Source: a virus
IMG/VR virus record: IMGVR_UViG_3300047494_000058
Coordinates: 8,225-72,224 of that record
Length of the DNA stretch: 64,000 nucleotides
Direction: 5' to 3' (one strand)
Below, in pieces: positions 20,887-30,957 of the stretch. The notes under the pieces were generated by a model. The model made no database searches. It was not told where the DNA came from and saw nothing but the letters and a program-made list of their open reading frames with translations. Positions within the stretch are counted from its first letter, which is position 1. Each line of letters begins with the position of its first letter. Both the position numbers and the translations under genes were made by a program.

Positions 20887-21313
20887 TGGCTGCGGCTCGA
20901 TGGCCGCACTCGGCAAGGTCAACCAAACCCTAACGAGCCAGAAAAATCCGCTCATGACGCAGGCCGTCACGGCAGGCGTCACGCTCGCCATCGCCAAGCA
21001 GCCGAACGCGGCGAAGTTCGCGGCCGAACTCAACTCCATGGCGAAGATCATCGCGGCCGACGCGGCGAGTCCCACCGCCACGGTAGCGATGCTCGAAGCG
21101 ACGCTCAACGCGGAGATCGGCAGGGTGTCCTCGACGCCGCAGGAGAAGGCAGCCTTCGCCGCCCTTGCGATCACGCTCGAAGCCGCGCTTAACACCTACA
21201 TCTCGACGAACCCGGGCGGGCCGATCACCTCCGCCACGCTCGTCTCGATCCAGGGTCTTGCGCTCGCGGTCGAGAGCGCCACGCAGTTCTACGCGCCGGT
21301 ACCGGGTGCGTAG
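20834..21313 (+). CDS. Lipoprotein (possible spanin-like)
   Basis: MKRILPLLLSFPLLLSLSG-C lipobox; start inferred at ATG 20834 after AAGGA. Confidence 0.65.
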   Translation: MKRILPLLLSFPLLLSLSGCGSMAALGKVNQTLTSQKNPLMTQAVTAGVTLAIAKQPNAAKFAAELNSMAKIIAADAASPTATVAMLEATLNAEIGRVSSTPQEKAAFAALAITLEAALNTYISTNPGGPITSATLVSIQGLALAVESATQFYAPVPGA

Positions 21314-21751
21314 GTGTTCGTCACCGACCTGTGCCTCAAGGCCGACAAACCGAACTACTGGCGCCTGACCCAGGACCTGGTCTGGCAGGATGCCCAGTTC
21401 GGCGAGTTGATCGTCCCGGTCGGATTCCTGACGGACCTGGAATCCGTGCCGTTCATGATCCGCGGCATCCCGTGGGTCGACAGCGTGTTTGATCCGGACG
21501 GCGTAACCCGCAAGCCGGCCGCCGGGCATGACTTCCTGTATGCCTGGCACGCCTGGGGCAAAGAGAAATCGGACGATTTCCTGCGGGTCGCAATCATCGC
21601 CGAGGGAGGCTCCAAGTCGGTGGCCGAGACCGTATACCTGGGCGTGCACCTGTTCGGCGGCTCCTCCTGGCGCAAGGATGACAACGCGCTCGACAAGTAC
21701 AACTTCACCAACGACGCCACCTACCAGGAGTGGCTGGCGAAGCAGAAGTAG
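21314..21751 (+). CDS. DUF1353-like protein
   Basis: VPVGFLTDLESVP, AAGHDFLY, YLGVHLFG. Confidence 0.8.
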   Translation: MFVTDLCLKADKPNYWRLTQDLVWQDAQFGELIVPVGFLTDLESVPFMIRGIPWVDSVFDPDGVTRKPAAGHDFLYAWHAWGKEKSDDFLRVAIIAEGGSKSVAETVYLGVHLFGGSSWRKDDNALDKYNFTNDATYQEWLAKQK

Positions 21752-21803
21752 CCAGGAGCGGCCCGCTGTGGTAAACTCGCGGGGCTTCACCAGGGGAACC
21801 GAC

Positions 21804-22157
21804 ATGAGTGTACTACACGAGTTGCTTCGGGCGGTGAATATCAACACCCGTACGCAAGAGTTCTTAACACAGGAGATCAGAAAGATGACCGCAGCAGTAG
21901 ATGCATTGACAGCAGCAGTAGCAGCCCAGACCACGGTCGAGGCCAGCGTGGTTACGCTCCTCCAGACCCTCACCTCCGACCTGCAGGCCGGGATCGATGC
22001 CAACGACCTGGCCGCCATCCAGGCCGCCACGACCGCCATCCAGGACGGCACGGCCCAGCTGGCCGCGGCGGTGACCGCCAATACGCCGGTCCCGGCGTCC
22101 TCACCGACTCCGCCGGCCGCCTCCACGACTCCGTCCACGCCCGCCACGGGCTCGTAA
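21804..22157 (+). CDS. Ala-rich coiled-coil hypothetical protein
   Basis: AGGGG before ATG 21804; alternative start 21886 after AGGAG. Confidence 0.6.
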   Translation: MSVLHELLRAVNINTRTQEFLTQEIRKMTAAVDALTAAVAAQTTVEASVVTLLQTLTSDLQAGIDANDLAAIQAATTAIQDGTAQLAAAVTANTPVPASSPTPPAASTTPSTPATGS

Positions 22158-22254
22158 GGACAAGTCGCCCCTCACTGGCCTAGCCGCCTGAGGTACGCCG
22201 CGCTGGCCCGGCGCGTTATCAAAACGGGCTCTTATCCACCACCGGAAGAAACTG

Positions 22255-22443
22255 ATGTCAATGCTCGACGTTCTGATCGTAGTCATTATCCTACTGTTCA
22301 TCCTCGGTGGCCTGCCCGGCATCGGCCTGTATGGTGCGCACGTGTACGGTGGCTGGGGCGTGCCTGGCCTGGGTACGATCCTGCTGGTACTGGTTCTATT
22401 GTACCTGTTTGGCGTGATTGGCAACCGCGGGCCGCGGCCTTAA
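22255..22443 (+). CDS. Small membrane protein (DUF3309-like)
   Basis: ILLFILGGLP...GGWG..GLGTILLVLVLLYL. Confidence 0.65.
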   Translation: MSMLDVLIVVIILLFILGGLPGIGLYGAHVYGGWGVPGLGTILLVLVLLYLFGVIGNRGPRP

Positions 22444-22947
22444 GTACCTGCCACTGGCCGCGGCGTCGGCTGCATCCGCGCTGGCCGCATCCGCGATGGC
22501 CGCATCCGCGCCCGCAGTCTCGGCCAGCGCCTCATCGAATCCCAATAACGCCGTCTTGTAAGTCAACGCTGACATCCTGTCGACGAACGGCGCCACCCGA
22601 ACCACCTTATCGGTCACGAGCAGCGCCGGGTCCAGCTGCTGAAACATGGTCTGGCCTATGTACTCCGTAACCAACTGCCGGTCCCGCTGCACCAGGGTGA
22701 AACCGCCACCGGCCATGGCTGGGAACCAGCACCCTACGCCAACGTTCCCCGCCCAGAAATATCTAAACTCCAGCATGGTGTCGCGGCCCATCACTTTCAA
22801 GGCGCACGGACGCCGCAGGTAGTAGGCGTACATCACTCGGTAAGGCCCCTGCTCGGGCTGAAATCCCCAAACCATAGCCTGGTCTTCAAAATCCGGCGCG
22901 GCCTGGGCCGCGGTCGTCAGCAGCAGAATAGCGAATAAAGCTCTCAT
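22396..22947 (-). CDS. Secreted hypothetical protein
   Basis: Signal peptide MRALFAILLLTTAAQA-A; AGAGGAG SD. Confidence 0.6.
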   Translation of the reverse strand: MRALFAILLLTTAAQAAPDFEDQAMVWGFQPEQGPYRVMYAYYLRRPCALKVMGRDTMLEFRYFWAGNVGVGCWFPAMAGGGFTLVQRDRQLVTEYIGQTMFQQLDPALLVTDKVVRVAPFVDRMSALTYKTALLGFDEALAETAGADAAIADAASADAADAAASGRYLRPRPAVANHAKQVQ

Positions 22948-23053
22948 CTCGAATCTCCTCTATATGTCTAGGTACCCCGACCGTCCGCACGGGATGGGTC
23001 GTCCTTGGGCGCTGGGGCGGGGGTCGCTACGTGTGTACCGACCCCCTATCTCA

Positions 23054-23833
23054 TCAGGCGTCGACGGCCTCCCGTTTGGGACGCAGCGCTGCCTCGCTCT
23101 CGGGCCAACTATTTGGATACACTGTCGAGTACGCCAGCGCAGCGATGGTTTCGACCTGCCGGCGCATGCCCTCGGTCACCTGCATCTGTTCCGAGCCAAG
23201 GGTCTCCGCTGGCGTCATGTCACCAGCCCACCGGTAAAACCTATTATGGGTCACCGTGCGGCCGGCGTCGAGTTCGCCGGGCGGGCTGACCCAACGCTGA
23301 AACAGGTCGGACAGGTCTTCGGCCATTCGCCTGGGCGACTCGATGTGGACATTCACGGTGACCATGCCCAGAGGGTCAACAGCCTGGGCCGGCTCCGGGA
23401 TCTGGAACCCGCGCTCGCGCAGCTGCGGCCTCGGCGCATGCAGGTTGCCAATATCAAGCGGTGTGTGGAACCGCAGCGCGTACAGGCGCAGCGCTGCCGC
23501 AATCAGCTGCCGCTGGCCGTCGGTCGCGAACCCTGACATGTGCTGGAGGTCGAACCCCAGGATGGTCTCGAACTTCCTGTAAAACTCAAACGGGTTGCCC
23601 TCCCCAATCCCGAGGAGCGGCAGCGCGGCCAGATACCCTGAGTTATTGGAGGTAGCCGGAAATCCGGCGAACGCCGCGATCCACCCTAGGGCGCAGCCGC
23701 AACTGCTACCGAATCCGCCACCGCCGCCGTTGTTCGGCGTGCTAGGTATGTTGCCCATAGAATACGCGAAGCTGTGCGGCGTCCGCTCGATATGGTCGGC
23801 TGCCGCCATTATTGCTGATCTAATATCCATCAA
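23054..23833 (-). CDS. Hypothetical protein
   Basis: 259-aa ORF with AGGAG SD. Confidence 0.6.
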   Translation of the reverse strand: MMDIRSAIMAAADHIERTPHSFAYSMGNIPSTPNNGGGGGFGSSCGCALGWIAAFAGFPATSNNSGYLAALPLLGIGEGNPFEFYRKFETILGFDLQHMSGFATDGQRQLIAAALRLYALRFHTPLDIGNLHAPRPQLRERGFQIPEPAQAVDPLGMVTVNVHIESPRRMAEDLSDLFQRWVSPPGELDAGRTVTHNRFYRWAGDMTPAETLGSEQMQVTEGMRRQVETIAALAYSTVYPNSWPESEAALRPKREAVDA

Positions 23834-23857
23834 TATCTCCTGTTATTGCCCTATCAC

Positions 23858-24244
23858 TCATTCCGGCCGGCCGGCCGACACGATCTCGAAAAACTTGTCC
23901 ATGGTACCGGCCGTAATGCTCGGATCAGGCGGCGTGGCATCGGCCGCCTCGGCCGCCTTCATTGCCTGGGCCTGTGCGGCCAACATTTCCTGGGCCTGCA
24001 TCCATGACGCGATGTCACCCATGATCACCAGCTGCGCCGTCGTGAGCCCGCCCTGCCGTGGGTCCACCTGCGGCTCACCTCCATAGCGCATAAAGAACAC
24101 GATGATATTACGCAGGTCTCCCACCTCGGCGAGCAATCGGTTGCAGTCGAAGTGTGCCTGGGCGAAGTCGCCGAACGTCGGCGTCTTCATGTCCAGCGGC
24201 GCCTTCGCCCGCTTCTCGATCTCCTGGTGTTCTTGCATGTTCAT
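23858..24244 (-). CDS. Hypothetical protein
   Basis: AGGAG SD; start overlaps upstream stop. Confidence 0.6.
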   Translation of the reverse strand: MNMQEHQEIEKRAKAPLDMKTPTFGDFAQAHFDCNRLLAEVGDLRNIIVFFMRYGGEPQVDPRQGGLTTAQLVIMGDIASWMQAQEMLAAQAQAMKAAEAADATPPDPSITAGTMDKFFEIVSAGRPE

Positions 24245-24495
24245 GTATCAATCTCCTGTAACTCTTTCGCCCGGTACTGGGGCCGTACCACGCCGGGCCG
24301 CACCGGGGTCTCCCACCGGAACTCAACCAGGCCCAGGTCCTGCAACTTGGCCAGGTGTATGTAAATCGTCGACCGCGATGCGAGCCCGGCTTTAACCAAA
24401 TCCAGGCCATAATGCCAACCCGGGTCCGCGCGCATCCAGTCAAGAATACGTTGCCTGCGGGTCGCAGCCGACCATCTCTTAAAAAACCCAAACAT
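24241..24495 (-). CDS. PadR-like winged-helix DNA-binding protein
   Basis: HYGLDLVK...RSTIYIHLAKLQDLGLVEFRWE...RPQYR; start inferred. Confidence 0.6.
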   Translation of the reverse strand: MFGFFKRWSAATRRQRILDWMRADPGWHYGLDLVKAGLASRSTIYIHLAKLQDLGLVEFRWETPVRPGVVRPQYRAKELQEIDT

Positions 24496-26435
24496 CACAG
24501 TGCCTCGGGCATCTTGTAGTCGTTCGCGACCTTCCACGCGTCGTTCCATGCTGCCAGCGTTATCACCAGCAGCGCCTCGGGCCAGGCGTACAGCCGGCCG
24601 GGCTCACCGGGCACGTGCCGGAAGTTGTCCAGCATGCGGAAGAACAGCACGCGCCGCGCCAGCGACATCCGCCCGACCGACTCGATGATCTCGTCGCGGG
24701 TCTTCATTCCAGCACGACTGGGAACACGTTGCGCCAGCCCTGGTGTTGCCGGCCCTGCTCGTTGGCGGCGATGAGGGCATCCTGGTGCACTTTGAGGAGT
24801 GCCTCAGCATTGGCCGCCCGCAGCAGCAGCCGGTCGCGCTCGGCGACCACCGCGGCGTGCTTGTCCGCGTGCACATTATGCGAGTCGCGGTGGGCCTCCA
24901 GGGTCTTGAGCATATGGCTCACGTCCGACTCCAGCACGTACCAGACCCCCGGGCCCTGCGGCCCGCGGTCGGCCGCGTTATGAATCGCCTCGCCGTTTGC
25001 CACCTGCATCTCGACCGTGACGTCGAGGACGCCCTCACCCGTACGCCGGACTATCGGGCTGTATCGCTTCGTCATGTGCTACCTCCGGATTCCTGATTCT
25101 TTCGATTGACTTGTCCACGGCCCGCTGCACTTCGAGCGGCGCATTCGCCAGGTCGATCAGCCCGTACTTGTTCAGGGCGTTGGACACTATCCAGTCCAGG
25201 GCTTCGTTCGCCCGACTCAGTTTGCGGCCCAGGCGCATCAGCGCCTCCTTGTCGGGCGTCATGGTAGCCGCACCGCGTAAGCCAGGCCGCAGAACCCGCG
25301 GTCGCCTGCTGGGTAATCGTCCATCTTGCGCCACATCATGCAGTCGCTGGCAATGCAACGCCCCAGTGGGCCGGTCGCGACCGCGTTGTACGACGTATGC
25401 TCGATATGTGGCCGTGCAGCGATGCGCATCCATGGGCACCACTTCCCCAGCGCCTCACCCTCCGTGATTACCATGACCCTATCTGCTTGATTGCTTCCAT
25501 GATCCTCGTCCTCTCGGCCTTGAGGGCCTTTTCGACTGCCTTATTCACCTCGCGCTCCTGCCGGCGCATGTCGGCCAGGATACCCTGCACGCGCACACAC
25601 TCCCTGCGGGCCGCGTCCTCGATGGAGTGCGACACGTTGAGCCGCGCCTCCATCTCGATCATCGCGGCCCGGTGGTCGATCCACAGCATCCAGTTACCGC
25701 CCGCCTCCTCCACCATCTTCACCTGACCGGTCGCCAGCATGGCCACCGCGTCCATGCCGTGGGCCAGCTGACTGTAGCGCTTGACTATGGTCGCCAGGGT
25801 TCCCGGCGCACGGCCTTCAGAAACGCCGTCGTCGTCTTGGGCTTGGTGTCGAGGTAATTGTGCTGGAACGGGCGCTGCTTGAAGCGGTCCAACCGCTTCT
25901 GTAAGCGTCGGGATTCGCGGATCGACCGGCTCCGGTTCCATCGTCCAATCGCGCAGGCCAGTAGCGACAGCCCCAGTGCCGCCAGCAGGGTCTTCAGTGT
26001 GTTGCTCATACATTCTTCGTCCTCTCGTGTTCGGGCGCATCATGCTGGCGGCCCGAGAATTTAAGCCCTTTATTACTGAGCAGCTGCCGGATGCAGTCGA
26101 GCCAGGTGTCGAAGTCCTCCTTGTTCGGCATATACTTGGCATCGATGGTCGATACCAGCGAGGCCCCGACCAGCGTGTCGGGCGGCGCCAGGTACACGCT
26201 GACGAACGCGCCCTCGACGCGTACCGCGAGCCGCATCGGCACCTGTGTTCCGCTCACTGGTCCACCGCGAGTTCGGCCCCGACCAGCGCCAGGGCGACGC
26301 CGGCCGGCGCCCCGTTGAGGACCAGGTAGTTGCGTAGGTGCCGGGCGTGATTGTCAACCGCATCCTGGTCCGCCTGGGGCAGGGTCTTGATGAACGCCTG
26401 GACCTCGCGCAGAGTGTAAGTTTCGGGTGTCGGCA
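24495..26435 (-). other. Run of about 8 small, translationally coupled hypothetical genes
   Basis: Abutting or overlapping ORFs 24495-24707, 24704-25075, 25035-25262, 25259-25474, from 25468, 25785-26009, 26006-26257, 26254-26435. Confidence 0.55.
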
Positions 26436-26566
26436 TTACAGCACCAGGATGAAGAACGAGACGATGGGGAACAGTATCAGTCCCAGGATCATAAGCAGTG
26501 TGTGCCGCGGCATCATGGCTACGACACCCAGCAAAACAATGGTCCACAACCAGGCCGCCACGGTAC

Positions 26567-26908
26567 TCATGACTGGCCGCCCTCAAACGAATTGAGCGCA
26601 AGCATCGCCAGCAGGAACGACCGAGACTTGAGCGACCCGCCCTCGTTCCGGGCCTGGCGCAGCAGCACCATGCCCTCCTGGAAGTTGGGCGCCGGCACCG
26701 GCACCGGCACGGCCTGCACGACCGTGACCGCCCGGCCGGACGTCTTGCCCTTCTTGCGGGCGCGGTTCACGATCTTCTGCGGCGCCTTGTGCCGGTGTAC
26801 GGTCGAGGGCGACACCTTGAGTTTCTTGGCGGTCTCCACTATCGTCGCCCCTGCCGCGGTGTTGTCATAGATCGCCTGCTTCACCGCAGGGTCGAGGTCG
26901 CGGCTCAT
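26567..26908 (-). CDS. Helix-turn-helix protein
   Basis: GATIVETAKKLKVSPSTVHRH. Confidence 0.6.
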   Translation of the reverse strand: MSRDLDPAVKQAIYDNTAAGATIVETAKKLKVSPSTVHRHKAPQKIVNRARKKGKTSGRAVTVVQAVPVPVPAPNFQEGMVLLRQARNEGGSLKSRSFLLAMLALNSFEGGQS

Positions 26909-27429
26909 GACGCCTTCCTCGGCTGCCGGCGCTGGCCCTTCTTGCGTGACGGCCCCTTGGTCGCCAGCCGGGCCTGGTACAGCCGCAGGCGCTGGGTCCG
27001 CTTAGTGACATCGCTCGTCGGCCTGAGTTCCCACGACGCCATGTTGGCCTCACAATTGCTGCAGAACGGCCCCTTAGTTTCGTTGGGATACGGGCACGGT
27101 CCCGGCATTTCACATTTTTTGCTCATTGACACTATCCTCTATATGGTACGGGTGATCTTTCGGCTTCAAACAGATGTGACATATCTTCGAACGGACGCGC
27201 TCCATGAAAACATGCTTGAGATCGCGCTGGAATTTCTTCTGTGCATTAACCAGGCACAGATAGTGGAACCTCTCGAACGGGTGACCGATGGATACGCGAC
27301 CCTGCAGCACCGGGTCCTTCCGCCGGCCCGGACGGCCACAGATGTGGCATACCGGACCGGTGGTAGCCACCCCCGATCCTAAGGCGGAGGGCGACCCCTC
27401 CGCTTTGGCCGTCTTGGGCCTCGTCAGCC

Positions 27430-28893
27430 TCACTGCGGCATCTCAATCAGGATCAGGGTCTCCATGGCGCGGGTCGTGGCGACGTAGCACAGGTTGCGCT
27501 CCTGTTGCTGCTCCCAGGGCTGACGGGCACGCTTCGAGGGGCACTGGCTGGAGTTCAGCCAGAACACGCGCTTCGCCTCCAGGCCCTTGGCCTTGTGGAT
27601 TGTCGCCAGGTGCACGGCGTGGCTGCGCTCGGCGAACATGGAGTCGATGACGGCCAGCAGGCCGGCAACCGTGAACTTGTCCTCGTCCAGGCCGTCGATG
27701 ATGCACATGATGCAGTCGGTCTTGTCCTGGATGTTCTCGGCCTTGTCTTCCTTGTTCTTGGCACGGGCCTTCTCGACCTCGCGCTCGGTCCAGGTCGTCA
27801 GCTTCTGGGTGAGCAGCTTGACGTCGTCGCCGGCCCGCATACGAGCGATCAGGGCCTTGAGGCCCTGGCCGATCTCGCGGCCCATGATGTGCGCCGGGAC
27901 GCGAGCCTTGAACAGCTGGAAGGCCAGGCTGACGAGCGGCTTAGCAGTGCGGCAGACGACCAGGTCCTGGGGCTGGAACGTGGCCGGCGTGAACTCGGTA
28001 CCCATGTACCGCACTTCCCCGGCGGGCGCGTTCGGGGCGGCCTCGATGTGGCTCACCCACTGGCGGGCATGCTCGACAATGGCCGTCGGGCAGCGGTAGG
28101 AGACCGTCAGCGGCAGGCGGATGCAGGCGAACTCCTTGGCCATCGTCGCCAGCGACTCGGAGTCTGCGCCGCGGAACCCGTAGATGGCCTGGGCCGGGTC
28201 ACCGACCGCGATCAGGCGGGCGCCGGGCTTCATGACCTTGCGCAGGATGGCGCGCTGCAGGGCGTTGGTGTCCTGAGCTTCGTCAACGAACACGAAGTCG
28301 AATTTCGGCAGCACCAGGCCGTCGCGCACCGCGACGTACAGCAGGTCGTCGAAGTCCACCTCGTGGGAGGCGTTGCTCTTCTCCAGCAGCGCCTGAGCGT
28401 ACTCGACCGCGGTGGAGTAGCTGGCCTTCTCATCGTCCAACTCCAGATCGAAGTGGTCGACCAGGTCGCGCCAGACCATGACTTGGTCGATCTCGGTCCA
28501 GATGCCGATGCCGACCTGCTTGGCCAGGCTCACCAGCCGGCAGGCGAACCGGCCGTACATCTTGGCGTCCTTCTCGGTCATCATGCCGTCGACCAGGTCG
28601 CGCAGCTTGTCGCCGTTAACGTCGCGGACGTTCTTGTGGCGGGTGACCGCGCTGTAGGTCAGGGAGTGGAACGTGCGGGCATTGACGCCGCGATTTTTGA
28701 GTTCGGTGGCGATCGACTTGTTGAAGGCCAGGAACAACGTGCTGCCCGTCACGCGCTTTAGCGCCTCGACAATCGTGGTGGTCTTGCCTGAGCCGGCGAC
28801 GGCCTCGACAATCGCGTTGCCTTCGCCGCTCTCGGCGAAGTTGAAAACATTGGTCTGAAGCGGCGACCAGCTGCGAATCATTGAATTGTCCAT
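27430..28893 (-). CDS. UvrD/Rep-like SF1 helicase
   Basis: AVAGSGKTT, VDEAQD, VGDPAQAIYGFRGA, SYRC, TIHKAKGLE, YVATTRA. Confidence 0.93.
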   Translation of the reverse strand: MDNSMIRSWSPLQTNVFNFAESGEGNAIVEAVAGSGKTTTIVEALKRVTGSTLFLAFNKSIATELKNRGVNARTFHSLTYSAVTRHKNVRDVNGDKLRDLVDGMMTEKDAKMYGRFACRLVSLAKQVGIGIWTEIDQVMVWRDLVDHFDLELDDEKASYSTAVEYAQALLEKSNASHEVDFDDLLYVAVRDGLVLPKFDFVFVDEAQDTNALQRAILRKVMKPGARLIAVGDPAQAIYGFRGADSESLATMAKEFACIRLPLTVSYRCPTAIVEHARQWVSHIEAAPNAPAGEVRYMGTEFTPATFQPQDLVVCRTAKPLVSLAFQLFKARVPAHIMGREIGQGLKALIARMRAGDDVKLLTQKLTTWTEREVEKARAKNKEDKAENIQDKTDCIMCIIDGLDEDKFTVAGLLAVIDSMFAERSHAVHLATIHKAKGLEAKRVFWLNSSQCPSKRARQPWEQQQERNLCYVATTRAMETLILIEMPQ

Positions 28894-28960
28894 GTCTCTA
28901 TCCTCTATATTGATGAACCGACCGAGATTTTATTAGAACATGCCGGCCGGGGTTTGTCAA
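28894..28960 (-). promoter_or_regulatory. Promoter/leader cassette of the UvrD gene
   Basis: TTGACA-17bp-TCTAAT with TG extension; ATAGAGGATAG. Confidence 0.85.
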
Positions 28961-29221
28961 TTATCTCAGCTGCGAGTCCATCGGAGCGCGGCGGTTGTGC
29001 TGCGTGGCGCGAAACTCGGCGTCGTGTTCAGCCTGGCAGTGGACGCAGCGCACGGCGTGCGGCATCAGCTGCCGGCGCTGCACCGGGATCAACTCGCCAC
29101 AGCCCTTGCAATCCGCCCGGCCGGGGCCGGCCGCCTGGCCGCGGGCACGGGCAACCGCGTCCGCGATCGTTGCATCGATCTGGTCCTGCACCGCCCCGTC
29201 CCGTGTGAATCCGCTGCTCAT
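28961..29221 (-). CDS. TraR/DksA C4 zinc-finger protein (YbiI-like)
   Basis: DGAVQDQID, CKGCGELIP..RR..P...CVHCQ, NRR..DSQLR. Confidence 0.85.
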   Translation of the reverse strand: MSSGFTRDGAVQDQIDATIADAVARARGQAAGPGRADCKGCGELIPVQRRQLMPHAVRCVHCQAEHDAEFRATQHNRRAPMDSQLR

Positions 29222-29272
29222 AAACCCCGCCCCGTGCTGTGTGTCGATTTTACCACGCCGTCCCGCGGTGTA

Positions 29273-29587
29273 CTAGTAGCCGCGGTACCGGAGTTTGAAC
29301 CCGTCCTTGCCCAGGGTCTTGAGGTCGGCCAGGCGCTCCTCGCACACCGACACCAGCCGCTCGTACTTGCGGACCCGCATGGTCGCCCGCATCTTAGCGC
29401 CCAGCCAGGTCTTGCCCTTGTAGGCGTCCGTGCGGGACTTGTCGACGCGGGCCTCCGCCAGGTTGCGGCGATAGTTGTCCAGGACTTCGGTGAGCCCCTT
29501 TTCGCCCGACTCCTGCGTGGCGTAATATGCGAACGCCTGCTCTGTAACGAGGCCGATCAGCTTCCAGTGGTGACGTGCGATCTTCAT
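29273..29587 (-). CDS. Hypothetical protein with its own promoter cassette
   Basis: ATAGAGGATAG leader and promoter upstream. Confidence 0.65.
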   Translation of the reverse strand: MKIARHHWKLIGLVTEQAFAYYATQESGEKGLTEVLDNYRRNLAEARVDKSRTDAYKGKTWLGAKMRATMRVRKYERLVSVCEERLADLKTLGKDGFKLRYRGY

Positions 29588-29651
29588 TGCTTCTATCCTC
29601 TATGTTGAAATCCCGAGAGCACATTACACCACACCTCGGGCTCTTGCACAA
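29588..29651 (-). promoter_or_regulatory. Promoter/leader cassette
   Basis: TTGTGC-17bp-TGTAAT; ATAGAGGATAG. Confidence 0.75.
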
Positions 29652-30089
29652 TTCCCCGGGCGCAGCAGCGCCTCGCCAGCACAGGTGGGGCAATAAGTCT
29701 CGGACACGGGGTCATATGGGTCGCCCTCGCAGGTCGGGCACTTGTCGTAGACGGTGCAACCGGCGGCAGAGTTTACCTCCAACTTGAGTGACCGGATGCG
29801 GCCTAGCAGGAACTCCTTCTCGCTGTATGTCTCCTTTACCATCAATTCGTCGTCGCCATTTTGAGCTCGTGATCGCCGCACCAGTCGCGCATCGGGTCGA
29901 CGGTCATCCAGCACGTGGCATGGATCGGCTGCGGTCCGTTAGGCGACTGAATGAACGTGCCAATGACCTGGCCCGGCCGGCGTCGGCAGGCACAAAGCGT
30001 CGACAGGTCCGGCAGGACCATCCGGTCCATGTACAGGCAGGTCGAGCATGAGCGCGGGTTCAGTTGGTCTTCGTACTTGGTCTTATCCA

Positions 30090-30386
30090 TCAGGGCCCCA
30101 AGGTGTTGGCAATCAATGTGGCATAGCCAGCGATGTCGTGCCAGCTGTCATAATGGTATGGGTCGCCGTTCAAGATGCGCGCGATCTTTACCGAAATTAT
30201 CGAAAGTGCTTCGCGCATATGCGGCGGGATCGGACGCCACCCGGCATCGTCAACTTCACTCTGCGGGTGCCAGTTCGGCGTGTTCATCATCACGGCCAGG
30301 AGCGCCTGCGAGATCTCGGACTGCTCGATGAAGCTGCCGTAGGTCTTGCCACGCTCCGCCAGTGTGGCCTGAATGTTATCAGTCAT
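30090..30386 (-). CDS. DUF6378-like protein
   Basis: TLAERGKTYGSF, KIARILNGDP.H.DSWHDIAGYA. Confidence 0.8.
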   Translation of the reverse strand: MTDNIQATLAERGKTYGSFIEQSEISQALLAVMMNTPNWHPQSEVDDAGWRPIPPHMREALSIISVKIARILNGDPYHYDSWHDIAGYATLIANTLGP

Positions 30387-30957
30387 TGGCTGCTCCTCGC
30401 GTCACATCGTCCACCATGACAGCCCATACCTCGTCGGCCGGCAGGCACGATTTCAGGACCCCGGGAACCTTCCCCCACTGATAGGAGCCCTGTTTGGCCG
30501 CGGCCCCGTATGCAGCCCGGAATTGGTCGCGCAGGGACACCATGACGTGCCGGCGGTCCAGGCCGCCGTTTTGGTAGGCGAACAACGCGGTTTCGGTAAT
30601 GTCGGCCAGCTTTACCACGGCGTCGACTATGGTGCCCTTATGGCCACGACCGCCCCGGACCTCGATCACGTCGCGGGCGTTCTCCTCGATCAGCCGGTAG
30701 ACGTCGGGAGCCACCGCCTTGGCCGTGGCCGGGATGTCGCCCGTCAGCACTTCATGCAGGTCGTGGGCAAGTGCCCAGCGCTCGATGGCGGCCATGTCCA
30801 GCGAGTTGTGGTGATCAACGCCGATCGCCTCCGCGATGGCGCAGGCGATGTGGTACACGCGGTACTGGTGTTCGGCCAGCGACTGTGGGCGCGTGAGCGC
30901 TACAATCGTCCAGCGCTTGACCTCGGTCGCGCGCAGTGCTAATTCAAGGTTGGGCAT
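30379..30957 (-). CDS. datZ: HD-domain dATP triphosphohydrolase (DatZ)
   Basis: VKRWTIV...QSLAEH...ALAHDLHE..TGDIP...VKLAD; same operon as purZ. Confidence 0.8.
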   Translation of the reverse strand: MPNLELALRATEVKRWTIVALTRPQSLAEHQYRVYHIACAIAEAIGVDHHNSLDMAAIERWALAHDLHEVLTGDIPATAKAVAPDVYRLIEENARDVIEVRGGRGHKGTIVDAVVKLADITETALFAYQNGGLDRRHVMVSLRDQFRAAYGAAAKQGSYQWGKVPGVLKSCLPADEVWAVMVDDVTRGAAND

